A stretch of 64,000 bases of DNA from the IMG/VR virus record IMGVR_UViG_3300011113_000747, positions 96,001 through 160,000 of that record; one strand, 5' to 3'. Source of the DNA: a virus. A program made the translations under genes and the position numbers. Of the stretch, positions 55,481 through 63,992 are shown piece after piece (the first letter of the stretch is position 1; the number at the start of each line of letters is the position of its first letter). The notes below the pieces were generated by a model that did not search any database, was not told the origin of the DNA, and was given only the letters and a program-made list of their open reading frames with translations.

Positions 55481-55933
55481 ATGAGCCTATTAGAATACGC
55501 AATGGATGAGTTGGATCGCATTGGCATGACTGCTGATGGTGATGAATATAATGCAATGATGCGCAATCACATTCTACACATGGTTGAAGAATTTGCTAAA
55601 GAAGGTCATTCTGGCTTCTCTGCAAATTATGCAATTCAATGTTTGGAGAAGTTGTTGCGATTTGAGCCTCTGTCTCCATTGACTGGAGAAGATAGTGAGT
55701 GGCTTGATATCAGTGCTTATGGAGATAACCCTTGTTGGCAAAACAAACGATGCTCAAGAGTATTCAAAGAGGCTGATGGAAAAGCATATGATATTGAAGG
55801 CTTTGTGTTTTGGTCATGGGCTACAGATGAAGAGGGTAATAAGTTCAAAAGCCACTATACCAATAAAAAGAGTCGTAGATATATTGAGTTTCCTTATACA
55901 CCTAAAACTGAATACGTGGAGGATGTAGAGTGA
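55481..55933 (+). CDS. conserved-looking phage hypothetical protein
   Basis: GHSGFSA...PLSPLTGEDSEW...QNKRCSRVFK. Confidence 0.65.
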   Translation: MSLLEYAMDELDRIGMTADGDEYNAMMRNHILHMVEEFAKEGHSGFSANYAIQCLEKLLRFEPLSPLTGEDSEWLDISAYGDNPCWQNKRCSRVFKEADGKAYDIEGFVFWSWATDEEGNKFKSHYTNKKSRRYIEFPYTPKTEYVEDVE

Positions 55934-56730
55934 GACACTTTCATTGCATCGAATCAAATTGTGGCAAGCACAAGGGTTGGCGTTGTTGGATTTATCCCTT
56001 CGCCAACATCTTGAGCTCACACCATGACAGAGTTAATGTTGGCATTGAATTTTATCCTTGGACAGACGTAGACATGCCAGGCTTCAATGTATATGGCAAG
56101 GCTAATGATGAACACACCATTGGCTTCAGCGTCAATGTTCCGTTCCTCTTCTCTTTGTATGTTCATGCTGATTTAGCCAAATGGGGATACTCCAAAGTGT
56201 GGCGCAAAATTTTGCGGTTGGATGAAGATCGTAAATATGGCGGGCGAAGTTGGGGCATCAAATACATCAAAGATTCCGGCTGTATTGATGGAGGCTATTT
56301 CAACATTGAATTGGGTCGCTACGACAATTGCTGGAGTTCCAAAGATCCAAAATGGTTGAGTACAAGCATCTATCCTCGTGTTGTATTGTGCGGTAGAGCC
56401 ACATACTCTGAGCAAGACAATGGAACTACACAACACACTGTAACAATCAAAGGTAATAAAGAATATGCAGATAAAGAGTATGTTCTCGATTGCAGAGAAT
56501 ATATCTCCACCTGGACATGGAAGCGATTCAAAAAGCCTTATTCATTGAAGCGCTACGAAGTATCTACTCAAGACAAAGACGGTGTGCCTCACCCAGGCAA
56601 AGGCACTACATGCTACAATTGTGAAGAGAGTGCATTGCAGAGCCAAACCAGCCCAGCAAATAGCAGAGAAGAAGCCATTGCAAAGTTTGTGGAAAGCGTT
56701 GATTGGTATAGAAAGAATTATCCTCTATGA
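55930..56730 (+). CDS. hypothetical protein
   Basis: 266 aa, GTGA overlap. Confidence 0.65.
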   Translation: MRHFHCIESNCGKHKGWRCWIYPFANILSSHHDRVNVGIEFYPWTDVDMPGFNVYGKANDEHTIGFSVNVPFLFSLYVHADLAKWGYSKVWRKILRLDEDRKYGGRSWGIKYIKDSGCIDGGYFNIELGRYDNCWSSKDPKWLSTSIYPRVVLCGRATYSEQDNGTTQHTVTIKGNKEYADKEYVLDCREYISTWTWKRFKKPYSLKRYEVSTQDKDGVPHPGKGTTCYNCEESALQSQTSPANSREEAIAKFVESVDWYRKNYPL

Positions 56731-57431
56731 GTCTACTTGAAGAAATTGATTTAGATGCAATGATGGCACCTGTGCCGGTGAAGCGCAAGCCTGGTGAGTT
56801 TAAGCTCATCATGCCTGATGATGCAGAACTCATGAGTTTTGAAACATCAAAGCTCAAAGATTGGCGTTTATATGGCATTGAACCTATTGTTTGGCGGTTG
56901 CTAGAAACAAAGAAAGTATTTCTTGCTGGCGGTTCGCTGCGCACTGTTATCGATGTAGATGATGAGGTGAATGACTACGACATTTTCTTTCACAATCTCG
57001 ATGATGTAGAAGCAATTAAGAAAATGCTTTTAGATGCGGATTTTAATCTCTATTATGCATGTCCTGAGAATAAGCTATTCTCATACATCTATAGCGAGGA
57101 CGAATCATCTAGCATTAAAGTTCAGCTCATTTGTGAGCAAGCATATGTGAGTCCCATTGATTGCATCAGTCAGTTTGACTTTGGTGCCTGTGCTGCAGCA
57201 CTGACTCACGAGAAGTTTTATTGCTACGATATGTTCATCAACAATGTACGCAGCAAAACCATCACCATGCTGGCTCTACCATTTCCTCTTGCTAGCTTCA
57301 AGCGTGCAGCCAAGTATGCAGCTAAAGGATACAACATCGGATATTTCGCCGAACAATTCATTTGGGAAGTACGAATGATGCCAGCAAATTTGTTAGTTGA
57401 AGGCGGCGCAATGAGACGCTATATTGATTGA
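56727..57431 (+). CDS. nucleotidyltransferase (PolA/CCA-adding head-like)
   Basis: LAGGSLR...DYDIF, FDF, C-terminal R..KY..KGY. Confidence 0.7.
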   Translation: MSLLEEIDLDAMMAPVPVKRKPGEFKLIMPDDAELMSFETSKLKDWRLYGIEPIVWRLLETKKVFLAGGSLRTVIDVDDEVNDYDIFFHNLDDVEAIKKMLLDADFNLYYACPENKLFSYIYSEDESSSIKVQLICEQAYVSPIDCISQFDFGACAAALTHEKFYCYDMFINNVRSKTITMLALPFPLASFKRAAKYAAKGYNIGYFAEQFIWEVRMMPANLLVEGGAMRRYID

Positions 57432-57461
57432 TTCTGACTTCTGGCCTAATGCATAAACTTT

Positions 57462-57743
57462 ATGACAACAGTAAAACTAATTAGAGACTCATATCCTTAT
57501 CTCAAAGGAACAGAATTCATTGTAACAGGTGGTGATGATGGATTTTGGAGTCGTTATGCATTCTATTCTGGAACGGTTGTTGCAAAAGGAAAAGAGCGTC
57601 ACATCTCAGTTGAAAGATGCGATTGCGAATACATCTCCCCAAGAGAATACACTGGCAAAGTGCTTTTGCATGAAGAGTATTTGAATCCAAAGCCCATGTC
57701 GGATTCTGATTATTGGGAAGATTATCTCAATTCTCCCGGCTAA
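57462..57743 (+). CDS. hypothetical protein
   Basis: ORF track, fills gap. Confidence 0.55.
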   Translation: MTTVKLIRDSYPYLKGTEFIVTGGDDGFWSRYAFYSGTVVAKGKERHISVERCDCEYISPREYTGKVLLHEEYLNPKPMSDSDYWEDYLNSPG

Positions 57744-57748
57744 ATCAG

Positions 57749-57776
57749 TTGACAGATAAAGGAAACTCTCTATAAT
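57749..57776 (+). promoter_or_regulatory. AGGAAA-N5-TATAAT promoter
   Basis: TTGACA-16-TATAAT, AGGAAA at 57760; 6 nt before ATG 57783. Confidence 0.85.
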
Positions 57777-57782
57777 AAGAGC

Positions 57783-58064
57783 ATGATTCACACTGAAACA
57801 AAATTCGCATATCGTCACAAGCCAACAGGCAAATGGTGTAACTTGGGACCATCATATAATTATGACGGTAATCTGCTGAAATTTAATAACATGGAGTTAA
57901 GATTAATAAATGAATTTCAAACCCATGAAGTTCTATATAGCGCCAGAAACATCATTGAAGAAGATTTGCTACGCAGTGTTATGAATGGTGAGCGTTATGC
58001 TGCAAAAAACTTTTTGGAATTTGAGCTTGTGGAAATTGAAATAGAGTATAAATTAAAAGCATGA
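57783..58064 (+). CDS. hypothetical protein
   Basis: ATG 6 nt after TTGACA-16-TATAAT. Confidence 0.65.
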   Translation: MIHTETKFAYRHKPTGKWCNLGPSYNYDGNLLKFNNMELRLINEFQTHEVLYSARNIIEEDLLRSVMNGERYAAKNFLEFELVEIEIEYKLKA

Positions 58065-58246
58065 TTAAATTTATTAAAGAACTTTTCCGTGAACGGGTGT
58101 GGAAAGAAATCTCTCGTGAATTCCTAAGAAAAGAGCATACAATAACTGGTGATGTATGTGCATATTACTACGTTACATATAAAGATATGCTTAGTGGTGA
58201 TATTAAAAGTAAGGAAGTTGAAGTACCACTTCAACAAATATATTAG
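58061..58246 (+). CDS. hypothetical protein
   Basis: ATGA coupling. Confidence 0.5.
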   Translation: MIKFIKELFRERVWKEISREFLRKEHTITGDVCAYYYVTYKDMLSGDIKSKEVEVPLQQIY

Positions 58247-58247
58247 A

Positions 58248-58275
58248 TAGAAAACAAAAGGAACAATCATATAAT
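58248..58275 (+). promoter_or_regulatory. AGGAAC-N5-TATAAT promoter
   Basis: AGGAAC at 58259; 6 nt before HNH ATG. Confidence 0.7.
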
Positions 58276-58281
58276 TAATAT

Positions 58282-58881
58282 ATGAACAAGAGACCAATTC
58301 TTAAACTCAATGCAAGCTTCTTTCCGCTTGCTGCATCTCAATGGGAAGATGTCATCATTGACATCTTTTCTGGCGCTGTTTGCCCTCTTGATATCTGGTA
58401 TACACAGAATGAAGATGGCTCTTATGATGCAACTTCTGTTGAAACATTCAATGTTATTCGCAGCTGGAATGAATGGAAGCAACTGCCTATTCGTAGTGTA
58501 GATGACTTTGTTCATACAACATCTGGTCCAGTTCGTCTGCCAAGCGTTGTTGTTGCTTCTCGTTTCAACAAAGTCATCTTCAAGACTGTGCAGTTCCCAA
58601 CCAAGCAGAACATCTTCAAACGTGACAAATACACATGTGGATACACTGGCAAGAAATTGCAGAAGCACGAATTGAGTGTTGATCATATTTTGCCTGTGAG
58701 TCGTGGTGGTAAGAATACATGGGATAACTTGATCACATGTGAAAAGAGTGTCAACACTTTCAAAGACAATCGCCTGCCGCAGGAATGCGGTCTCAAGTTG
58801 CTTTGGAAGCCAGAAAAGCCAACCAATGGACTTGTGTTTGATAATGCACGAGAAGATTGGAATATGTTCTTGAATTCTTAA
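58282..58881 (+). CDS. HNH endonuclease (McrA-like)
   Basis: RD.YTCGY...DHILPVSRGG.N.W.NL..C...N..K. Confidence 0.85.
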   Translation: MNKRPILKLNASFFPLAASQWEDVIIDIFSGAVCPLDIWYTQNEDGSYDATSVETFNVIRSWNEWKQLPIRSVDDFVHTTSGPVRLPSVVVASRFNKVIFKTVQFPTKQNIFKRDKYTCGYTGKKLQKHELSVDHILPVSRGGKNTWDNLITCEKSVNTFKDNRLPQECGLKLLWKPEKPTNGLVFDNAREDWNMFLNS

Positions 58882-58897
58882 GGAAATAATGTATAAT
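58870..58897 (+). promoter_or_regulatory. AGGAAA-N5-TATAAT promoter
   Basis: TTGAAT-16-TATAAT, AGGAAA at 58881; 11 nt before ATG 58909. Confidence 0.75.
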
Positions 58898-58908
58898 TAT
58901 AGTACAAC

Positions 58909-59520
58909 ATGAGCAATAGACTTTACAGTGAGTGGGATAAAAAATCTCACCCTCAATACAAATTTGGATTTTGGTACATCGTTCCAGGCTCTCTCTGTTG
59001 GGAGGGCTGGGATGATTGGAGAGAATTAATGAAAACAAAACACCCCATTCAATACTTTGTTCGTGAAACAATTTATGATATTGTGTGGAGTACAAAGCGT
59101 CTCTATCGAGATAGCAAGTATACTATCAAATGCTTTTTCAAGCCATATCATTCTGATATTCGCAAAGCAATCCCACGCAAGTGGGCTGATGTTAGCAGTC
59201 TTGTTGTTGATGTCAATTTTGCTATGATTCTTTCTTTCAAGAAAGAGGCTGATGAATACTGTGTTGATTGGGATTATGGTGATCATCGCAAGTTTAAAAA
59301 TTGGCTTGATGCTTCAGCTAAATGGATTCAAGAAGATCGCCCTGCCATTGAAAAACAACGTGATAATGCTTATCCACCATACCCTCTTCCAGAGCACATG
59401 CGCGGTTGGAATTACGACCAGCTTTACGGTGAGGTAAATAAGTTGGAAAAAATTATTGACGAAACAGACTCAGCCATCATCAAGCAAATGGTTGACTATC
59501 GCTATTACATGTGGACATGA
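58909..59520 (+). CDS. hypothetical protein
   Basis: 203 aa, W/Y-rich, own promoter. Confidence 0.65.
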   Translation: MSNRLYSEWDKKSHPQYKFGFWYIVPGSLCWEGWDDWRELMKTKHPIQYFVRETIYDIVWSTKRLYRDSKYTIKCFFKPYHSDIRKAIPRKWADVSSLVVDVNFAMILSFKKEADEYCVDWDYGDHRKFKNWLDASAKWIQEDRPAIEKQRDNAYPPYPLPEHMRGWNYDQLYGEVNKLEKIIDETDSAIIKQMVDYRYYMWT

Positions 59521-59678
59521 AAATTAACAAAGAAGAACTATACAAACTTTACATGCAAGAAGTAGAGGCTATTTGTGAAGTTTGTGATTGGAAGACAAGC
59601 TTTTCAGCATCAGAATGCGTCAATATTGTAGCTTATCTTCTTGAATTGAATCCTGAATTAATTACATATGACAATTAA
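59517..59678 (+). CDS. 53-aa hypothetical protein
   Basis: Hand-translated MKINKEELYKLY...; ATGA coupling; fills gap. Confidence 0.5.
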   Translation: MKINKEELYKLYMQEVEAICEVCDWKTSFSASECVNIVAYLLELNPELITYDN

Positions 59679-60099
59679 TAACTACACTGACTTTGACAAT
59701 GCCCAAAAATATGCCAAAGATTATGATGCTATCATATCTCTCGGGTATTTTATGCCAGAACAGTATCGCGAAGGCAAGAAGTATATGTTTCTTGACTTTG
59801 AAGATGAGACTTTTGATTCTATAAACATAAACCCCAACAATGTAAAATATGCTCCCAAAGAAGGACACATTCGTAAGCTGCTTGAATTTATTCGTAGTCT
59901 TGCTCCTCATGAACGTTTGCTGGTTCATTGCTTTGCCGGATATAGTCGAAGTCCTGCAGCAGTTATCATCGCAAAATGCGAGCGTGATGGAAAAACTATC
60001 CATGATGCAAAACAAGAGCTCTACGATGCAAGGATTCCTGACAAATTGATTCCTGATCCCAATGACATTATGTTGCACAATTATCTCATGATCAAATGA
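59668..60099 (+). CDS. Cys-dependent (PTP/DSP-like) phosphatase
   Basis: LLVHCFAGYSRSPA P-loop, P.PN downstream. Confidence 0.8.
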   Translation: MTINNYTDFDNAQKYAKDYDAIISLGYFMPEQYREGKKYMFLDFEDETFDSININPNNVKYAPKEGHIRKLLEFIRSLAPHERLLVHCFAGYSRSPAAVIIAKCERDGKTIHDAKQELYDARIPDKLIPDPNDIMLHNYLMIK

Positions 60100-60302
60100 A
60101 ACTTGGAACTCGCACATACACCGAACAAGAAATTGCAATCATTGAGGTTTATAAAAGCCATATTCAGTTCTTGCAAAAAGAAATTGACGAACACTGGGAT
60201 ATGCTTGCCAAGCAGGTGCTTAAGACCCAACCTGATGATTGCTTGAACGACCACGACCACTTGTGGGATTATGTTATGAATGACTTTCATTCAGAAAAGT
60301 AG
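60096..60302 (+). CDS. hypothetical protein
   Basis: ATGA coupling. Confidence 0.55.
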   Translation: MKLGTRTYTEQEIAIIEVYKSHIQFLQKEIDEHWDMLAKQVLKTQPDDCLNDHDHLWDYVMNDFHSEK

Positions 60303-60331
60303 TTGATAAAATTTGAAAAAGACACTATAAT
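60303..60331 (+). promoter_or_regulatory. sigma70-type promoter
   Basis: TTGATA-17-TATAAT, 6 nt before GTG 60338. Confidence 0.75.
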
Positions 60332-60337
60332 ACATAT

Positions 60338-61051
60338 GTGAAAGAAAAAGATAAAATCATCTTAGTTGGCGATATTCATGGCGAATATAACAAACTGCGC
60401 TATGATATTACTCGCTTTGGTTATGAAGATGCATACATCATTCAAGTGGGTGATTTTGGCGTTGGGTTTCATAAACCCAACTACTACAAAAATCAAGCCT
60501 TCCCAAGGCTGAATGAAGTATTAGCAAATAAAAATTGCCATCTGTATGCTATTCGTGGCAATCATGATGATCCAGAATACTTCAAGCAGACCAACAATCC
60601 ATTTGACTTCTCCAACATTACTCTGCTGCAGGACTACTCTGAACTGGAGCTGCTGGGCAAGAGCATCCTGCTTGTGGGTGGTGCAGTGAGCATTGATCGC
60701 AAGGGTCGTGAAGAGGGTAAGAGTTGGTGGAGTGATGAAAAGTTCAAGCTCAAACTTGAAGATGAGTTTCCATATAAAGATCGCCAATACGACCTGGTTG
60801 TAACACATACACGACCAGGTGTCTGTGGAGCATTCAAAGGTTTCAGTAAAATTGAAAAATTTTGTTGGGATGATGCTGATTTGAAAAATGATCTCATTGA
60901 AGAAAGTCAATTGGTTGATTATCTTTATGAGAAGACCAAACCTAAAGATTGGATTTATGGACATTTTCATGAGAGCAATTTGATTACACATGGAGGCACA
61001 GTTTTCAGGTGCCTTGATATCGACGAACACTACGCTTACTATTATGCCTAA
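60338..61051 (+). CDS. calcineurin-like metallophosphoesterase
   Basis: GDIHG, GDFG, RGNHD, THT, GHFH. Confidence 0.9.
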   Translation: MKEKDKIILVGDIHGEYNKLRYDITRFGYEDAYIIQVGDFGVGFHKPNYYKNQAFPRLNEVLANKNCHLYAIRGNHDDPEYFKQTNNPFDFSNITLLQDYSELELLGKSILLVGGAVSIDRKGREEGKSWWSDEKFKLKLEDEFPYKDRQYDLVVTHTRPGVCGAFKGFSKIEKFCWDDADLKNDLIEESQLVDYLYEKTKPKDWIYGHFHESNLITHGGTVFRCLDIDEHYAYYYA

Positions 61052-61277
61052 ACAAAACACAAATTATATCAATGGGTGGGGATCTATCTTCACTCGCAAG
61101 CATCCATCTCTCAATTATGGGCAGACTGGCAAATACTGGACTGATGCAAGTTCGCCAAAAGGACATGCATGGTTTGCAGCATCTGTTGATGGTGGTTTTA
61201 CAAAGCCAGCTGTTGCAGTAAAGTTGAGTTATATCTTCACAAAAGATAGTACTTACGTTGATGGAACAGAAGCTTGA
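61044..61277 (+). CDS. hypothetical protein
   Basis: Start revised to ATG 61044 overlapping previous stop. Confidence 0.45.
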   Translation: MPKQNTNYINGWGSIFTRKHPSLNYGQTGKYWTDASSPKGHAWFAASVDGGFTKPAVAVKLSYIFTKDSTYVDGTEA

Positions 61278-61301
61278 TTTTCCCACAAATTAGTATAAGT
61301 T
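61274..61301 (+). promoter_or_regulatory. possible sigma70-type promoter
   Basis: TTGATT-16-TAAGTT, 5 nt before lipoprotein ATG. Confidence 0.5.
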
Positions 61302-61306
61302 ATAAA

Positions 61307-61585
61307 ATGAGAAAACACATTACAACATTACTATTGGTTGCAACTCTTGCTATTTGCACTCCCAGTTGTTCGACTGTTAAATCGACTTCCGACGCTGCCC
61401 TGGCACAAGCCAAGACTGGTGCATCAGTTGGGTTTGCAACTGAAAAAGTGGAGAAAGGTTATCAGGTGAGTGGTCATGCATCTACCAATGTCTTTGGCAT
61501 TGAGCCATACAGCTCATTTGTTGCTGGTGTCAGATATGCTCCTAAGCGTCCTGCTGCACCAGCAGATGTTCAACCAGCTAAATAA
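61307..61585 (+). CDS. small lipoprotein
   Basis: MRKHITTLLLVATLAICTPSC signal/lipobox; own promoter and terminator. Confidence 0.65.
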   Translation: MRKHITTLLLVATLAICTPSCSTVKSTSDAALAQAKTGASVGFATEKVEKGYQVSGHASTNVFGIEPYSSFVAGVRYAPKRPAAPADVQPAK

Positions 61586-61604
61586 CAGCATTCAACCCAA
61601 CAAG

Positions 61605-61632
61605 AGAGAAGTGGAAACACTTCTCTTTTTTT
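61605..61632 (+). terminator. Rho-independent terminator
   Basis: AGAGAAGTG-GAAA-CACTTCTCT-TTTTTT. Confidence 0.88.
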
Positions 61633-61633
61633 G

Positions 61634-61661
61634 TGGATTGATTTAGGAAAGATATTATAAT
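61634..61661 (+). promoter_or_regulatory. AGGAAA-N5-TATAAT promoter
   Basis: AGGAAA at 61645; 5 nt before ATG 61667; directly after a terminator. Confidence 0.75.
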
Positions 61662-61666
61662 AAGGT

Positions 61667-62266
61667 ATGGATAATTTCGAACAACATTTGATGCAAAAGT
61701 ACCCAGACTTGTTTTATAAAAATAAATCTGGAGAACTAGAATGTCCTTGTGGCGCGTGGGTGCCAACTGGCTGGCACAAGATTGTTGATGGTTTGTGTGG
61801 TGCCATTATTCAATACACAAAATGCACTCAACGCTCTAGCAGCGAAATTACCAACAATGCTTATTACTTTTGGAAAGCATGCGCGTCATTTATTAATTGG
61901 TGCCATGTAAGGTTCATCAAAGTATTTCCAAAACTCAACAAATTGGAATACAACAAGCCTGTATTTTCTCTTATTGAGAAGTTTCGCAAGCGTTACCGAA
62001 AATACATCAAATATGGCTGGGTAAATCCACCTGCTGTAAAAATTGATCAAATCAAAGAGAAGTATGGTGAATTGCGCTTTTACTATTCTGGGGGCGATGA
62101 GCAAGTTGCTGGAATGGTTCGAATGGCAGAATATCTCTGCAACCAAACATGCGAAGTAACAGGTAATCCTGGCGTTCTTTGCGTTCGTGGTGGTTGGTAT
62201 AAGACCCTCTCACCTGAACTCTTAAAAGAAGGTGCATGTGAAGGATACAAACCAGTTAAACAATAA
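61667..62266 (+). CDS. conserved-looking phage hypothetical protein
   Basis: QIKEKYGELRFYY...TCEVTG.PG...GW.KTL. Confidence 0.7.
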   Translation: MDNFEQHLMQKYPDLFYKNKSGELECPCGAWVPTGWHKIVDGLCGAIIQYTKCTQRSSSEITNNAYYFWKACASFINWCHVRFIKVFPKLNKLEYNKPVFSLIEKFRKRYRKYIKYGWVNPPAVKIDQIKEKYGELRFYYSGGDEQVAGMVRMAEYLCNQTCEVTGNPGVLCVRGGWYKTLSPELLKEGACEGYKPVKQ

Positions 62267-62267
62267 T

Positions 62268-62597
62268 ATGAGTGAAGATGTATTCATTGATATGTTAGAA
62301 GATGATGAAGAATCGCCTTATTGCGAAACTTGCGGCAGTTGTGGCGAAACTGGATGCTGCCCTCCAATCAAATGCCAAGCAGTCAAATGCAAGTATGGCG
62401 AAATCAATTTAAAAGATTATAAATGCTTCCAAAATCAGTGGGAGATTATGTTTAATGCTTTGAGAGATATTGCATCTAATTATAATTTAGATGATGGTAA
62501 TATTTTGAGACAACATTTAGCGCAACTTGCACAAAATGCTTTAAAAGCAGTTGACAAAGAATGGGATAAACTCTATAGTAAAGAAAGCAATGACTGA
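62268..62597 (+). CDS. Cys-rich hypothetical protein
   Basis: CETCGSCGETGCCPPIKC...C; start revised to ATG 62268. Confidence 0.55.
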   Translation: MSEDVFIDMLEDDEESPYCETCGSCGETGCCPPIKCQAVKCKYGEINLKDYKCFQNQWEIMFNALRDIASNYNLDDGNILRQHLAQLAQNALKAVDKEWDKLYSKESND

Positions 62598-62907
62598 AAA
62601 ACACACAATTGAACGCACCTACTATTATGACATGGGTGAAAATGGCATTTATCCAGATGATGAAAGCATGATTGCTTTTCTTTTGGATGAATGCATTTTG
62701 TTTGTAGGTAATGATTATGGCGATGGCACAGTCAACCTATACATTAACATCAACGATTATTTTGCGCCGGCGGCGGATGCTGAAAACTTACCAACAAAAG
62801 ATATTGCAAAACTGTTTGAAATGTATCGCAAAGACGGCTACAATGGTGTAGCGCAATATGTCGCCGACAAACGAGGCATTACTAACAAACGCTGGAGAGA
62901 CGAATAA
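62590..62907 (+). CDS. hypothetical protein
   Basis: Start revised to ATG 62590. Confidence 0.55.
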   Translation: MTEKHTIERTYYYDMGENGIYPDDESMIAFLLDECILFVGNDYGDGTVNLYININDYFAPAADAENLPTKDIAKLFEMYRKDGYNGVAQYVADKRGITNKRWRDE

Positions 62908-62910
62908 ATT

Positions 62911-63351
62911 ATGAACTACGAACAATTCGCAATATGGCTGCATGGATTTCTTGAGATTTCCAATGCAGAAGAAATTAACAAAGAACAAACGCAAATCATC
63001 AAAGATCATTTGGCTCTTTTGTTTGAGAAGAAAACTCCTATTCGCAAAGAAAAGAAAGAAGATGATTCTTTAGAACATTTTAAAAAGTTAGCAGAAGAAT
63101 GGGAAAAAAGACGCCCAAAAGATATAGACCATCCTAAATACCCTCCTTATGCTCCTATGCCCATGCCGACATATCCAGGATTTGATCCATACAAAATCAC
63201 ATGTAGTGATGGTACAGTATCACCACTTCCAGAGTTAGGAACGTCTGTTTCGGACTTAAATCCTTGCCAAGAAATTTCTTTAGGTAAGCAATTTGTAGGC
63301 GTTGATATGCAGTTTGATGCAGAAGCACATAAAACCAAAACATACTGCTGA
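62911..63351 (+). CDS. hypothetical protein
   Basis: QFAIWLHGFLEI...IKDHL.L.F.K N-terminus, Pro-rich tail. Confidence 0.6.
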   Translation: MNYEQFAIWLHGFLEISNAEEINKEQTQIIKDHLALLFEKKTPIRKEKKEDDSLEHFKKLAEEWEKRRPKDIDHPKYPPYAPMPMPTYPGFDPYKITCSDGTVSPLPELGTSVSDLNPCQEISLGKQFVGVDMQFDAEAHKTKTYC

Positions 63352-63626
63352 TGAACGACGAACAATTTTTTTCTCTTATTGAAAATAAAGACAGCAGGTG
63401 GCCTTGTAAAGGTCATAAAGTAAAATTCAAAGGTGCAGATGGTTGGTTCTATCCGCACTTTGTCAATGTTATCCAATTCGCCAAAGACAATTTAGAGGTT
63501 GGAAAAGTCTATACTGTTCGTAATTGTGAAGTTTATTCTTCATGGTGTGCAGTGTGGTTGGAGGGTGAAGGATTGAGTGATGCTTTCTTTCATCTTTCTA
63601 TGTTTGAATGGCCCGTTAAAGAATAA
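63351..63626 (+). CDS. hypothetical protein
   Basis: TGATG coupling. Confidence 0.55.
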   Translation: MNDEQFFSLIENKDSRWPCKGHKVKFKGADGWFYPHFVNVIQFAKDNLEVGKVYTVRNCEVYSSWCAVWLEGEGLSDAFFHLSMFEWPVKE

Positions 63627-63630
63627 AATT

Positions 63631-63714
63631 ATGCCATTGTTTTTATTACATATTGGTTTAAAAATTGCGGAAATTATTTCCGAATGGATAGATAAACAAA
63701 AAACAAAATTATGA
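63631..63714 (+). CDS. 27-aa peptide
   Basis: MPLFLLHIGLKIAEIISEWIDKQKTKL fills gap; ATGA coupling. Confidence 0.35.
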   Translation: MPLFLLHIGLKIAEIISEWIDKQKTKL

Positions 63715-63992
63715 AATTTGTCAAACTAACAGCAAAGCCTGACACTTGGTTCAAAGAAGGAACAGAAGTTTATAGCTACGATTGCGATCCTCCAAATCAA
63801 CTTTGGAGAGTTTCACTTGACGAATGGGAAAGCTGTGTTAACTTTCCAGGTATGAAAGCAATATGCGTTCGCGGACTTCGCAATACACAACTCGAATATG
63901 AAATCGAAATATTTGGAAAAGGAGAGAGATGGGATGGCGAGTTTTGCGGGTGTGATGAATTTGAAGTAGAAATTGTAGATGAACCTTTTTGA
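63711..63992 (+). CDS. hypothetical protein
   Basis: ORF track. Confidence 0.6.
   Translation: MKFVKLTAKPDTWFKEGTEVYSYDCDPPNQLWRVSLDEWESCVNFPGMKAICVRGLRNTQLEYEIEIFGKGERWDGEFCGCDEFEVEIVDEPF

Noticed and set aside
49838-61650. AGGA motifs as Shine-Dalgarno sequences
   Set aside because: They lie 17 or more nt from the start codon and upstream of TATAAT, at fixed distance to the -10 rather than to the ATG
407-63476. Many alternate-frame or antisense ORFs in the track (e.g. 407..715, 18654..19304, 21743..22240, 53856..54383, 59662..60138, 60521..61060)
   Set aside because: Shadows of well-supported genes, with no promoter or coupling signal and no recognisable motifs; only 42529..42768 was kept, because of its lipoprotein signal
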